A DNA stretch of 64,000 bases from Shimia sp. (GCF_039969785.1 NZ_JBDVNC010000003.1:513-64512); one strand, 5' to 3'. Positions 1 through 10,743 are shown, counted from the stretch's first letter. Notes: generated from the sequence alone by a model not told the origin. Made by a program: numbers and translations.

Positions 1-1
1 T

Positions 2-520
2 GCGCTGACGGGCGGGTCGGGTGACGATACGCTGGATGGCGGTAGCGGCGGCGACCTTCTTGAGGGCCAGAGCGGCAACGACTGGTTCTTTGGCGGTACA
101 GGTAATGACACGATCCAGGGCAGCATCGGCAGCGACACGCTCTATGGCCAAAGCGGCAACGATCTGTTGGATGGTGGCGGCTGGAGTGACAAACTTATTG
201 GTGGGAGCGGCCGTGATACGCTGATCGGCGGCGGCGGCGATGACCGTCTCAATGGTCAGAGTGGCAATGACGTACTGATCTTTGCAGATGGCTTTGGAGA
301 TGACACCGTGTACGGATTCAGCGCCAATGATAACGAAAAGATCGACCTGTCTGGTGTTGCTGGGATCACGAACTTCGTTGATCTGATCGCCAGCCACCTG
401 GCCAATGCCGGTGGTACGGCCCAGATCAACGACGGATCAGATTCCATCCGGTTGCAGGGCGTCGCCTTCAGTGACGTGGGCATTGGGCTGGCTTACTCGG
501 AGGATGACTTTATCTTCTGA
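2..520 (+). CDS. 3' end of an RTX (GGxGxD) calcium-binding secreted protein, 5'-truncated by the window edge
   Basis: Frame is open from base 2 (ALTGGSGDDTLDGGSGGDLLEGQSGND...) and ends ...VGIGLAYSEDDFIF, matching the C-termini of the RTX genes at 28351, 40283 and 42673. Confidence 0.9.
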   Translation, partial: ALTGGSGDDTLDGGSGGDLLEGQSGNDWFFGGTGNDTIQGSIGSDTLYGQSGNDLLDGGGWSDKLIGGSGRDTLIGGGGDDRLNGQSGNDVLIFADGFGDDTVYGFSANDNEKIDLSGVAGITNFVDLIASHLANAGGTAQINDGSDSIRLQGVAFSDVGIGLAYSEDDFIF

Positions 521-545
521 TCCTGATCCGCACCTGTGAAAGATA

Positions 546-578
546 AACAGCCCCGCCTTTGGCGGGGCTGTTCTTTTC
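546..578 (+). terminator. Rho-independent terminator after the RTX gene
   Basis: AACAGCCCCGCC-TTT-GGCGGGGCTGTT perfect 12-bp stem followed by CTTTT. Confidence 0.75.
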
Positions 579-588
579 CAGATGTTGC

Positions 589-712
589 CCGTCCGACGAC
601 CTTGAAGCCCAAATTGAAGGCTTCGTCGATCACCGTAACCATCAACGTTACCACGAGAGCCTGAACAATGTTACGCCAGCCGATGTGTACTTTGGTTGTG
701 ACAAAGCCATTC
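589..712 (+). pseudogene. IS3-family transposase C-terminal fragment
   Basis: Translates DDLEAQIEGFVDHRNHQRYHESLNNVTPADVYFG, resembling the YNxxRxHxSL..TP end of IS3 integrase cores; no start or catalytic core present. Confidence 0.7.
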
Positions 713-902
713 CGGGTTCGACAACCGTGAACTCTGCCCGTACAGAACCATCTGAGCTATAGACACGTCCATCCACCTGGCTGAGATGCCAGGCCACGGT
801 GGCCCAATTGCCGTTGGACAATCCCGTGACATCAAATGTGCTGCCGCTTGTGCCATCTGCCGTGGTTGGGAACAGGCGTCCTAGGCTGGTTGTGTAGGAC
901 AT
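712..902 (-). pseudogene. 5' relic of a probable surface/calcium-binding protein gene truncated at the IS3 fragment
   Basis: ATG at 902 with a G-rich SD; MSYTTSLGRLFPTTADGTSGSTFDVTGLSNGNWATVAW...GRVYSSDG resembles the VTxLxNGxFVVxW beta-rich repeats of alphaproteobacterial secreted proteins. Confidence 0.4.
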
Positions 903-989
903 GAATACAGCCCCCTGAAAATATGGGCTTATGCGCCCGTGACAAAAATCAACATCGTATAGAGTATGACATATTTTGCAGGGCAAACC

Positions 990-1024
990 CGAAACCGGCA
1001 AGAAAAATTTCCATGCCGGTTTCG
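990..1024. terminator. Inverted repeat downstream of glf, possible terminator
   Basis: CGAAACCGGCA (990-1000) and TGCCGGTTTCG (1014-1024) form a perfect 11-bp stem. Confidence 0.45.
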
Positions 1025-1083
1025 CGTGGGTCGGGTGTGCTGGATTTTAGGATGAGAGGTGTGGGCCGTGTTTCATCGCTGCC

Positions 1084-2247
<1,164 letters not shown>

Positions 2248-2503
2248 CTATGTAAATAGGCCTACAATGCACTTGGTGCTGACCTGCACCCCAAAGGAGC
2301 TCCTATAATGACGAGAGTCCGCGGATGCTGGCTTCATAGTTTCCTTCATTGTATTGGGCAAGCATGCAGGGCACATAGTTGTCAAATTATTTAGATGTAC
2401 AGCATATCTTGACCAAGCTGGCGTATACAGGCGCATCTCAAGACGCTCTGCGCTGGTTGGGGCAGCCTGCGCAAATCAGTGGATTTTGATCCGAGAGCCG
2501 GTT

Positions 2504-3967
2504 TTATCCGATTGAGCTCACCCAGTGAGGAAAAGGCCCCTCCCCATCGGGTACTTTTTTGGGCACCTTTTTAGGCGTTGCCGTAGCTGCCGGATCTTGA
2601 GGGATATACGATGCAAGCTCGTGGGCAATGTCGTTCAGATCCTGAGGGACCGAACGGTATTTCGGACCGTTAGCCAAGTTGCGTTGTTCGTAAGGGTCAA
2701 TGGTATGATCGTACAACTCTAGGCCGCCATTCCAATAGGTGACCAAGCGATGGGTTGCACTGCGTACACTGAATGCTAACAACAGTTCGCCATTCTCTGC
2801 GGGGGGTTTGACTCGCGGGAAACCGTAACAGGACACTACAGGTGGAAGGGCGGACGTTTCCATCTTCTGGAACAAGGGCCGCAGATCTTGACCATCGACA
2901 AAAGCCTGCGGGCGCGCCACGCCGAGTAATCCGAGCAGGGTCGGGCCAACGTCTACATTGGAAACGGGCGTTTCGATACGCATGGTCGGGATGTCGGGGC
3001 CGGCAAAGATCATGGGTGTCCGAAGCGACCGTTCCCAAAGCGAAAATTTGTGAAAGGTATTTTTTTCTCCAAACTGATACCCGTGGTCCGACCATAGGAC
3101 AATATAGGTGGTTTCGGTGAGGCCTTCTGCCTCAAGATGATCCAGTACCGACCCGAGGACCCAGTCAGCGTAGCTTATGGAGGCGAGATAGGCGCGCAAA
3201 AAGCTGTTATATTGCTGGTTCTCATATAGTTTCTTGCCAAACATACCCGCGCCTACAATCCGGTTTCGTGGTTCTCTGGGCAAGCCTTCTATTTCGTTGG
3301 AAGAAAAAGGATCAAAGAGTCGCTCTTTAAGGGCAGGGGCGGGTTCTACGGTTTCAGGATAAAGGTCAAAAAACCGTTGTGGGGCAATGAAAGGTAAATG
3401 CGGGCGATAAATTCCAAGGCTCCACACTTGTCCACTGGCCCCCCGGGTCATCTTGTTTTTAAGGTGGGTTGCGTTTCGTTCATCGTATAACGGACCCTCT
3501 GAGAGAGCGGGGCCATAGTCTATCATGCCTGCTTTTATCTGGCCGGTCTGTTGCAGCACGCTTTGGCGGGTATAGGGATCGTTGGGTTCCCGAAAGTAGT
3601 TTGTCCATTCGGCATCATTCACACCGCCATAGAACATTTTTCCGGAGCCCCAGGTTGTGAACCCGGAGTCGCGTAACACACCAATCAGCGAGCGATCCTG
3701 CCCCGGTTTGAAGGCGTGGAACCATTGCTGTTTATTGGTATAAAGACCAGTTCTCCACGGCATGCGCCCAAACAGAACAGCCGCCCGTGCAGGGGCGCAT
3801 GCCGGGGCCGCTGCGAAGGTATTGGGAAACAGTGCGCCACGCGCTGCCAGACGTGTAATGTTGGGGGTTTTGACCTGAGGATGTCCACCTAGAGGTTCAA
3901 CATAATCATTCAAATCTTCGAGCGAAACAAAAAGCAAATTTGGTCGTTGATGCTGGGATGTGCCCAT
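2504..3967 (-). CDS. Formylglycine-dependent (S1) sulfatase, iduronate/choline-sulfatase-like
   Basis: PNLLFVSLEDL, CAPAR (CxPxR signature), RPHLPF, SDHG, GLELYD; no obvious signal peptide. Confidence 0.9.
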   Translation of the reverse strand: MGTSQHQRPNLLFVSLEDLNDYVEPLGGHPQVKTPNITRLAARGALFPNTFAAAPACAPARAAVLFGRMPWRTGLYTNKQQWFHAFKPGQDRSLIGVLRDSGFTTWGSGKMFYGGVNDAEWTNYFREPNDPYTRQSVLQQTGQIKAGMIDYGPALSEGPLYDERNATHLKNKMTRGASGQVWSLGIYRPHLPFIAPQRFFDLYPETVEPAPALKERLFDPFSSNEIEGLPREPRNRIVGAGMFGKKLYENQQYNSFLRAYLASISYADWVLGSVLDHLEAEGLTETTYIVLWSDHGYQFGEKNTFHKFSLWERSLRTPMIFAGPDIPTMRIETPVSNVDVGPTLLGLLGVARPQAFVDGQDLRPLFQKMETSALPPVVSCYGFPRVKPPAENGELLLAFSVRSATHRLVTYWNGGLELYDHTIDPYEQRNLANGPKYRSVPQDLNDIAHELASYIPQDPAATATPKKVPKKVPDGEGPFPHWVSSIG

Positions 3968-4058
3968 GTGTATTGTCCTGAAAGTCTTGGGTTGTCACCG
4001 TGTTCAGCACGGCACGGTGTTGATTTTCGTATGACATTGGAACGTTTTAAGATGTCCT

Positions 4059-4170
4059 ATGGAAGATAAATATTAGAAAATCGCTTTATTGGTCTAGGCT
4101 TTATGAAGTGCGGAACAACTTTCGTAGCGATATCTCTGACAGGCCATCAAGATATTTACGTTCCATCCAT
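4059..4170 (+). pseudogene. 5' relic of a sulfotransferase gene interrupted by IS256
   Basis: From 4079 reads NRFIGLGFMKCGTTFVAISLTGHQDIYVPSM, closely matching FFIGLGFMKCGTTFITNRLSKHPQIYMPPI of the intact gene at 7447-8286. The ATG at 4059 is out of frame with this segment. Confidence 0.75.
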
Positions 4171-4953
4171 GAGCTATGACTGAATCTGGTGTTTGGGTGG
4201 TTTGAAGGTTGGCGGCGTATCTGGTTGAATTGTTGTTGTGAGACAGCAGCCCAACCAAAGGAGATACACCACCATGGAAAAGACTAACATTGTTGATTTT
4301 GCGCGTCTAGACGGGACCACGGACGCGTTGACAGATTTACTGAGAACAGGGGCGCAGCAATTGATCGCGACAGCAGTTGAAGCTGAGCTTGCCGGTTATC
4401 TGGCACAATTTTCCGACTTGCGTACTGAGACGGGTCACGCTGCTGTCGTGTGTAATGGGCATCATCCGGCCCGGCCATTTCAAACCGGCATTTGCCCTGC
4501 GAGCGTACGTATTCCGAAGGTTCGGTCCATGGACGGCACACCGGTGACATTCCGGTCTGCCTTGGTGTCACCCTACGTGCGCAGAACCAAGACGTTGGAA
4601 GCAGCTTTGCCCTGGCTCTACCTCAAAGGGATTTCCAGTGGCGAAATGGGAGCGGCACTCAAGGTACTTCTGGGTCCTGATGCGGCGGGGTTGTCGACGA
4701 ATACGGTCTCACGCCTTAAGCGCGATTGGGCCAAAGAATACGACTGCTGGAGAGACGCGGATCTGGACGACGAACCAATCGTCTATATCTGGGCTGACGG
4801 TGTTCACAGCGACCTTCGGGGCGAGAACGACAAGCTCTGCGCGCTTGTGATTATTGGCGTCACGGCTCGTGGCAAGAAGCGCTTTCTGGCCATCGAAGAC
4901 GGGGTGCGCGAATCCACGCAGAGTTGGCGTGAGGTTCTGTTCAGCCTCAAAAG
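4171..4953 (+). mobile_element. IS256-family element, 3'-truncated (transposase ATG at 4274)
   Basis: MEKTNIVDFAR...RNGHHPAR...LPWLYLKGISSGEM...YIWADGVH...EDGVRESTQSWREVL is an IS256 mutator-type transposase; it breaks off at the IS903-like end. The left end at 4171 is estimated. Confidence 0.85.
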
Positions 4954-5510
4954 GGCTTTGTTGCACAAATCGGCTGAAGGGATTCATTGTATGAATCCAG
5001 CGTGATAGCTGAGGGGGATGAGCAGTTGGGCCCCTACGAAGTACCAGACCACGAATTGGTCGTCTTACAATGACAGCTTGAAGCGTCGCGAATCACTATC
5101 GATCTGGTTTGATCCGGATATGGTGTGGACCCCGCCGCCAAGCGGTAAACGCGGTGGACAACACCGCTTCAGTGACGCTGCAATCCAAGCCTGCCTGACC
5201 TTAAAGGTGCTGTTTGGAATGCCGCTTCGCCAAACAACTGGTTTTGTGGATAGCTTGCTAAAGCTAGTCGGACTGGACTGGGTCGCGCCTGATTTCAGCA
5301 CACTTTGCCGTCGCCAAAAGACGTTGAACGTGAGCCTGCAGTATCGTGGTGGCACTGGCCCACTCAACCTTCTTATAGACAGCACGGGCATCAAGGCTGA
5401 GGGTGAAGGCGAATGGAACGCCCGCAAGCATGGCGCTCCAAAACACCGCATTTGGCGCAAGATATATATAGGTGTCGACGAAGAGACACTGGAGGTTCGG
5501 GCGGTCGAAG
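4954..5510 (+). mobile_element. IS5 family (IS903 group) element, 3'-truncated (transposase 5018-~5510)
   Basis: Left end GGCTTTGTTGCACAAATC resembles the IS903 IR; protein has NWSSYNDSLKRR, PDFSTLCRRQK, LLIDSTGIK and GEGEWNARKHG...WRKI. Confidence 0.88.
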
Positions 5511-5609
5511 CTTCCAGGCGATGATGTAACGGCTGTAGTCGTCCAAGATCGTGCTCAGATAATACCAGCCCCGGCCAATGATCTTGAAGTAGGTGAAGTC
5601 GGTCTGCCC
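5509..5609 (-). pseudogene. IS3-family transposase internal fragment
   Basis: Reverse strand reads GQTDFTYFKIIGRGWYYLSTILDDYSRYIIAWKL, the start of an rve/DDE domain. Confidence 0.8.
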
Positions 5610-5971
5610 CTTGCCCGGCAGACCGACACACCCAGCGAAAACCTTGGACCTTTGACTTCGAGCTGCTCTGCAATGGCCCGGGCATCCGGAACGGATTGGG
5701 CCATCCCAGCGTGATCCTCAAGGAAGAACTTGGCACCAGGCGCACAGAATTTATACGTCAGATCGGCCTGTGTAATCGGCGGAGCAATACTCGGCCGCAG
5801 TAGCGGTGGCATTGCCTGCCTACGAAACGAGTCTTGCCCCTATGGACTAGATGCCCATGATACACTAACAATCAAACCAGATCACCTGACGGGACATGCC
5901 AGCACCTTGGGTTGCTGCCTCCGGCAGGAAGAAAATTTGAACAAAAATTATATGTGAAGCGGGATAAAACG

Positions 5972-6811
5972 ATGAAAGCCAGAGGGCCGCATTTTCTGGG
6001 AATTGGCGCTCAAAAAGCGGGTACGACATGGCTGCACAATATGTTGTCCCAAAACAATGCGATATGGTTGCCGCCGATTAAAGAGCTCCACTATTTCGAC
6101 GAAATCGAAGCGGATCCTAACCCAAAAAAGCCAAGTCCACACGCACGACGTGCTGCAAAAAAAGCGATCCTGCGTCATATCCGACATGCGGGCAAGGAAT
6201 TGCACGTTCCGTACATTCACTACTTGTCCAAGCTTGGGACCATGCCAAAGAGTAATCAGTGGTATTATGAGGCGTTCAATTGGCCCCTAAGCGAGGGTAA
6301 ATTATGTGGAGAACTCACGCCGGCATATTGCAGTTTATCTCTCGACAGCATTCGGACGATGCGCGCCGAGCTTGGCCTCATAAAGCTGATTTTTCTTATG
6401 AGGGATCCGGTCAGTCGGGCGAAATCACAGATGCGGATGTGGATAGAACGCCAAAAACGCAGCACAATGGACCTCTCGGATTGGGACCACTTTCTAGAAT
6501 ATCCTACATTGCTAGCACGCAGCAACTATCAGCACACCATACAATCTTATGAAGCTGTCTTCGGACCCGAGAACATTCTGTATCTCGCTTATGGGGAGAT
6601 TTCGAGCGATCCTTATGCCTTGCTGGCCCGGGTTGAAAAATTTCTAGAAGTCCCCGCCGCAGAGTACCCCACCGCAAAGGAACGGGTACATGCATCCCAC
6701 ATGCAGGTGGAATTTCCGGACATTGTGGAACAGAAACTGTCAGAGATACTGGCCCCGCAATATGAATTTCTGCGGAAGAAGTTCCCTGATAGAATTCTCA
6801 GCAATATGTAG
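5972..6811 (+). CDS. Sulfotransferase (PAPS-dependent fold)
   Basis: FLGIGAQKAGTTWL 5'-PSB loop, KELHYFD, GELTPAY and MRDPVSRAKS 3'-PB motif; ATG at 5972 preferred over 5912. Confidence 0.88.
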   Translation: MKARGPHFLGIGAQKAGTTWLHNMLSQNNAIWLPPIKELHYFDEIEADPNPKKPSPHARRAAKKAILRHIRHAGKELHVPYIHYLSKLGTMPKSNQWYYEAFNWPLSEGKLCGELTPAYCSLSLDSIRTMRAELGLIKLIFLMRDPVSRAKSQMRMWIERQKRSTMDLSDWDHFLEYPTLLARSNYQHTIQSYEAVFGPENILYLAYGEISSDPYALLARVEKFLEVPAAEYPTAKERVHASHMQVEFPDIVEQKLSEILAPQYEFLRKKFPDRILSNM

Positions 6812-6839
6812 CGGAATTTCAGGTTACAATAGCGGGCTT

Positions 6840-7439
6840 TCAGGTTGAAGCGTCATCCGGGGCCACCAGTTTTTGCAATTCTTCAAGCGGCGTTGCTTCA
6901 AAATCGGAAGCAAAAAAATCGGCATGCGCGGCCATTTTTTTAGGGCTCCAATGCCACCAGCGCAGTTCATCAAGAAACTTCGCTTTTTCAGCGGAAAAAC
7001 GGGGCCGGAGAGCTTTTGCCGGATTTCCAGCAACAATTGTGTACGCAGGAACGTCACGTGTCACAACTGAACATGCAGCAAGGACTGCTCCGTTTCCGAT
7101 TGTAATGCCACTCAAAACCGTTACGCGATCTCCGATCCAAACGTTGTGACCAATTCGGACGGGCCCTTTTGAAGTATGTCCACTGTGACCAGTGATGCGT
7201 CTTTGCAGCATGACATTCAGATTGGGGAAAGTGGTCGAGTGATCCGAAGTGATTATGCGTAAATCTTCGCCAATCCCACAGTATTTCCCAATAGAACAAG
7301 CCCTGCCGCCCTTGATCTTTGGGGGCCCAGAGAAACCCGTGCCGTCACCCACTTCCAAGCGCGGGACCTTTACGACGCTTCCTTTCGGAAGAGCAGGGTG
7401 TCTAAACTGATCTTCTCGTTTTAGTCTATTCTTTTCCAC
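6840..7439 (-). CDS. Hexapeptide-repeat (left-handed beta-helix) O-acetyltransferase, CatB/Vat-like fold
   Basis: IGHNVWIGDRVTVLSGITIGNGAVLAACSVVTRDVPAYTIVAGNPAK and LRWWHW. Confidence 0.85.
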   Translation of the reverse strand: MEKNRLKREDQFRHPALPKGSVVKVPRLEVGDGTGFSGPPKIKGGRACSIGKYCGIGEDLRIITSDHSTTFPNLNVMLQRRITGHSGHTSKGPVRIGHNVWIGDRVTVLSGITIGNGAVLAACSVVTRDVPAYTIVAGNPAKALRPRFSAEKAKFLDELRWWHWSPKKMAAHADFFASDFEATPLEELQKLVAPDDAST

Positions 7440-7446
7440 GCCCTAA

Positions 7447-8286
7447 TTATCCAGTCTGCCATGCTATTGGAACGTCCCCGACAAGGTCTTTGACTTGATC
7501 TGGTACATGTTGGACGCGAGCGCGGAAAGCAGCTTGAAGCACCTTAGACAATTCACGTTTAGGTGCGTTAACCCGATCTTTGTCCGACTTCGGCATGATG
7601 CGTGGATGGAATGGTACGTCAATAAATTTCAGGAGATCGTCGAAGAACAGTTCAGGCTTCTCCACCATGTCCTCAAAAAACATCACTTTGATCCGTTCTT
7701 TTCCAAATGCAGAAAAGGCATTTTTTAGAAGTGTCCCATATTCGACTTGTGCATTGACGCGGGGTGTGCGCAGCCAATTCAGTGTCACACTGTCGTCACT
7801 CACGTCGCTTGGGCGGAGTCGTGAGACGTGATTATATTGTGAAATTAGTCTCTTATATGGGTGCCTCATTGAAATAATAACGCGAGCGTCTGGTAGCATG
7901 CTAGCCATGCTCGCGAGATCATTCTTGTTTATCTCTACATAGGAGGGGCTGATTTCACCAACGGCGATCTGGCGCTTATTGGGTTTGAAAAGAGAATTAT
8001 AAGCAGCCAAAGAGGTAGGCGTCGTATTTGAATACAAGTGCCAGTACTCTAAAATTTTAAGACTGTCCTCAATTTTCTTGTCGCCGTCCAACTCGCTCTG
8101 AATTTTCTTTACCGCCCGCAAAGCATAGCTCTTCTGCTTGGGCAGGGGGTGCTTCGAAAAATAATTTTCCCAAAAGCGCAACTCGCGTATTGGGGGCATA
8201 TAAATTTGCGGATGCTTGGATAGGCGGTTTGTAATAAAAGTTGTGCCGCACTTCATAAACCCAAGCCCGATAAAAAATCTTTCCAT
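7447..8286 (-). CDS. Sulfotransferase (PAPS-dependent fold)
   Basis: FFIGLGFMKCGTT, RELRFW, GEISPSY, MRHPYKRLISQY; start chosen at ATG 8286. Confidence 0.85.
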   Translation of the reverse strand: MERFFIGLGFMKCGTTFITNRLSKHPQIYMPPIRELRFWENYFSKHPLPKQKSYALRAVKKIQSELDGDKKIEDSLKILEYWHLYSNTTPTSLAAYNSLFKPNKRQIAVGEISPSYVEINKNDLASMASMLPDARVIISMRHPYKRLISQYNHVSRLRPSDVSDDSVTLNWLRTPRVNAQVEYGTLLKNAFSAFGKERIKVMFFEDMVEKPELFFDDLLKFIDVPFHPRIMPKSDKDRVNAPKRELSKVLQAAFRARVQHVPDQVKDLVGDVPIAWQTG

Positions 8287-8439
8287 AATAAATATGCTTT
8301 TTGTGCGTGCCCACATCAGGCGGTTCAATTTGGTTGTTAGTGCATCGTGAGTCTCTGGTCAATAGTGACAAAAATTCAAGAGTGGGTGGACGGCAACCCA
8401 GCGAGCAGTGTAGCTTACCAAGCTGTTTTGGAGGCTAAC

Positions 8440-9496
8440 TGTTCCATCCCGGATGATCACATTTCTCCTCTGAGATAGGCCCTCTTGATGGCAAGATCGG
8501 TTCTGAGGGACGTCCGGGACGGGGACAAGACATGCTGATCCATCTTCACAAGCAAGCGACAACGACACAGAAGGTTCGGGCGGCCAACCAGGCGAGTGAC
8601 GCGCCAGCATCGTCCCTGGCGGAGCAGTTTGGCGTGACCGGGCAGACCGTCTACAAGTGGAGACACCGCGACAGCGTCGAAGATCGCAGCCACCGCCGCA
8701 CCGGCTTCAGACGACTTTGACGCCCGCTCAGGAGGCCGTCGCGGTGGCCTTGCGTCGGACGCTGCTGGTATCGCTGGATGACCTGCTGGCGGTGGTTCGA
8801 GAGTTCCTCACCCCACACGTCTCGCGCTCTGGCCTTGACCGCTGCCTGCGCCGACACGGGGTTGGCAACCTGCGCGATCTGAAGGCCAGGCACCTAAGCT
8901 GAAGCACAGCACCTTCAAGGCTTATGAGCCCGGCTACATCCACATCGACGTGAAATACCTACCGCAAATGGCCGATGAGACCTCGCGTCGCTATCTTTTT
9001 GTGGCGATCGACCGCGCCACCCGCTGGGTGTTCATCCGCATCTTCAAGGCAAAGACCGCGGCCAACGCCCGCCGCTTCCTGCGTGAACTGGAACGCGCTT
9101 GTCCGCTGCGCATCCGCACAATTCTCACTGACAACGGAAAGGAGTTCACTGATCGCCTGTTCGGTCTGCGCAAACGCGCGGCAACGGGTCAGCACGACTT
9201 CGACCAACTCTGTGCTGCGCTGGATATCGACCATCGCCGGACCCGGCCGTAGTCGCCACAGACCAACGGCATGGCCAAAAGGTTCAACGGTCGCATCGAG
9301 GAGGTGCTGCAAAGCCACCACTTCCGATCCGGCGAAGACTTGGAGACGACGTTGCATCGATATGTCTGGCTCTACAACCAGCAGCTTCCTCAAGCAGCCT
9401 TGGCGAGCAGAACGCCATTGCAAGCCATGAAAGACTGGCACAAACTCAAGCCGGAGTTGTTCAAGAAACAGCCATACTACCTGACGGGATGCGACA
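8440..9496 (+). mobile_element. IS481-family element with a frameshifted/stopped transposase (8532-9501)
   Basis: TGTTCCATCCCG and CGGGATGCGACA terminal IRs (10/12 match, TGT...ACA ends); flanks GCTAAC and GCTAGG resemble a decayed 6-bp TSD; peptides YEPGYIHIDVKYLPQ, TDNGKEFTDR, SPQTNGM. Confidence 0.88.
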
Positions 9497-9950
9497 GCTA
9501 GGTGTTCGCCAAGAAAAACCGATAAAAAATTTAGGGTCAGGATTCATAACCAGAACATGACGACGGCGGCGAGTGCACATGCTGACAGGAACACTTTCGG
9601 GCATCTGTCATAGCGCGTTGCTACGCGTCTCCAATCCTTGAGGCGGGCGAAGCTATTCTCGATCTTGTGACGTTTGCGGTAGCGGGTTTCGTCGTGTGGG
9701 ATCAAGGTTTTTCGGTTCTTCCGAGAGGGGATGCAGGGCGTAATCCCTCTTTCTTCAAGAGCTTCGCGATACCAATCTGCATCATAGCCACGTTCTGCCA
9801 GCATATGTTTGGCCGCTGGCAGACCATCCAATAGTGCCCATGCGCCGATGTAATCGCTGCGCTGCTCGGCGGTCAGAAACATCCGCAAGGGACGGCCTGC
9901 TGCGTCGGTCACAGTGTGCAGCTTGGAGTTCATCGCTCCCTTTGTGCGCC

Positions 9951-9993
9951 CTCCCTCTCGGGACATTTGCTCTGCAAATACCTTGTCGGGCAG
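9951..9993 (+). repeat. ~43-bp hairpin-containing insertion, copy A, inside the IS5 transposase
   Basis: CTCCCTCTCGGGACATTTGCTCTGCAAATACCTTGTCGGGCAG splits the expected RLI|GRTKG sequence. Confidence 0.6.
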
Positions 9994-10145
9994 CGATCAG
10001 GCGACCACGCCCCCCTTTTTCAGCCACAAGCTGGAAGCCGTGCGGTGCGTCTTGAGGTACGTCGCGTCGATCATGAGCGAATCGGTTTTGCCGCCCTGAC
10101 CGGCCAGTTCAAAGAGCATCCTTGCGAAAATTCCTTTCTCGCTCC

Positions 10146-10185
10146 CTTTGCCCGACAACATATTCGTAGAATGTGTGAGAGGAGG
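10146..10185 (-). repeat. ~40-bp hairpin-containing insertion, copy B, inside the IS5 transposase
   Basis: CCTCCTCTCACACATTCTACGAATATGTTGTCGGGCAAAG splits the expected WKR|WSEKGIF sequence and is related to copy A. Confidence 0.6.
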
Positions 10186-10743
10186 CGTTTCCAACGGCTG
10201 TACAAGGTCTTGTGCGGACCATAATTCGCAGGTGCGTCACTCCACCGTAAGCCATTGCGATTGATGAAGATAATTCCAGACAAGACCCGCCTATCATCCA
10301 CCCGAGGCTTTCCGTGCGACTTCGGAAAGAAAGGCGTGAGCTTGGCCATTTGCTCATCCGTAAGCCAATAAAGATCACTCATGTCACCGCTCCGTTTTGC
10401 GAGCCGTGACGCACATCAAAGAACGAACATCAATGCATCCTGACCCTAGGCTTCTAGTGTATTGGAGCGCCAATGCCAAAACGAGATCCGATAACCTGAA
10501 AAACATCAAAAACTGGTGGTCGCGCCAAATGTGGAGAAAGTAGCGGGCTACATCAGCCTAGCTTGCGCAGACAGTAATCGGGGCGGAAGCACGTGAAAGC
10601 TCTGTTTTTTTGAAGACAGGCTGGCAGATTAGACGGCCTTGTTATAGGGATGTGCACTGCGTTGGCTCTGGACCGTATATCGTAGTTACGAGCGGGATGG
10701 CAGCGCGTATGTTGAATGATAGTCACAACGCGATTGGTAAGAC

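Larger units (their letters stand above)
9534..10446 (-). mobile_element. IS5 family (IS427 group) element with two-ORF transposase, disrupted
   Basis: Ends TAGGGTCAGGATTCAT (9532-9547) and ATGCATCCTGACCCTA (10433-10448) with TA duplication; orfA MSDLYWLTDEQ...RVDDRRVLSGI...GPHKTLYSRWKR; orfB ...MIDATYLK...RIENSFARLKDWRRVATRYDR-like. Confidence 0.9.

Noticed and set aside
6840-7439. Chloramphenicol/streptogramin acetyltransferase (catB/vat) resistance gene
   Set aside because: The fold is shared with polysaccharide O-acetyltransferases, and the gene sits between two sulfotransferases in a glycan locus. Nothing in the sequence supports a resistance function.
9951-10185. Group II intron or REP/BIME remnants as the source of the two insertions
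   Set aside because: There is no domain V/VI-like structure or GTGCG 5' end, and no GTAG/CTAG tetranucleotide with a REP-type hairpin.
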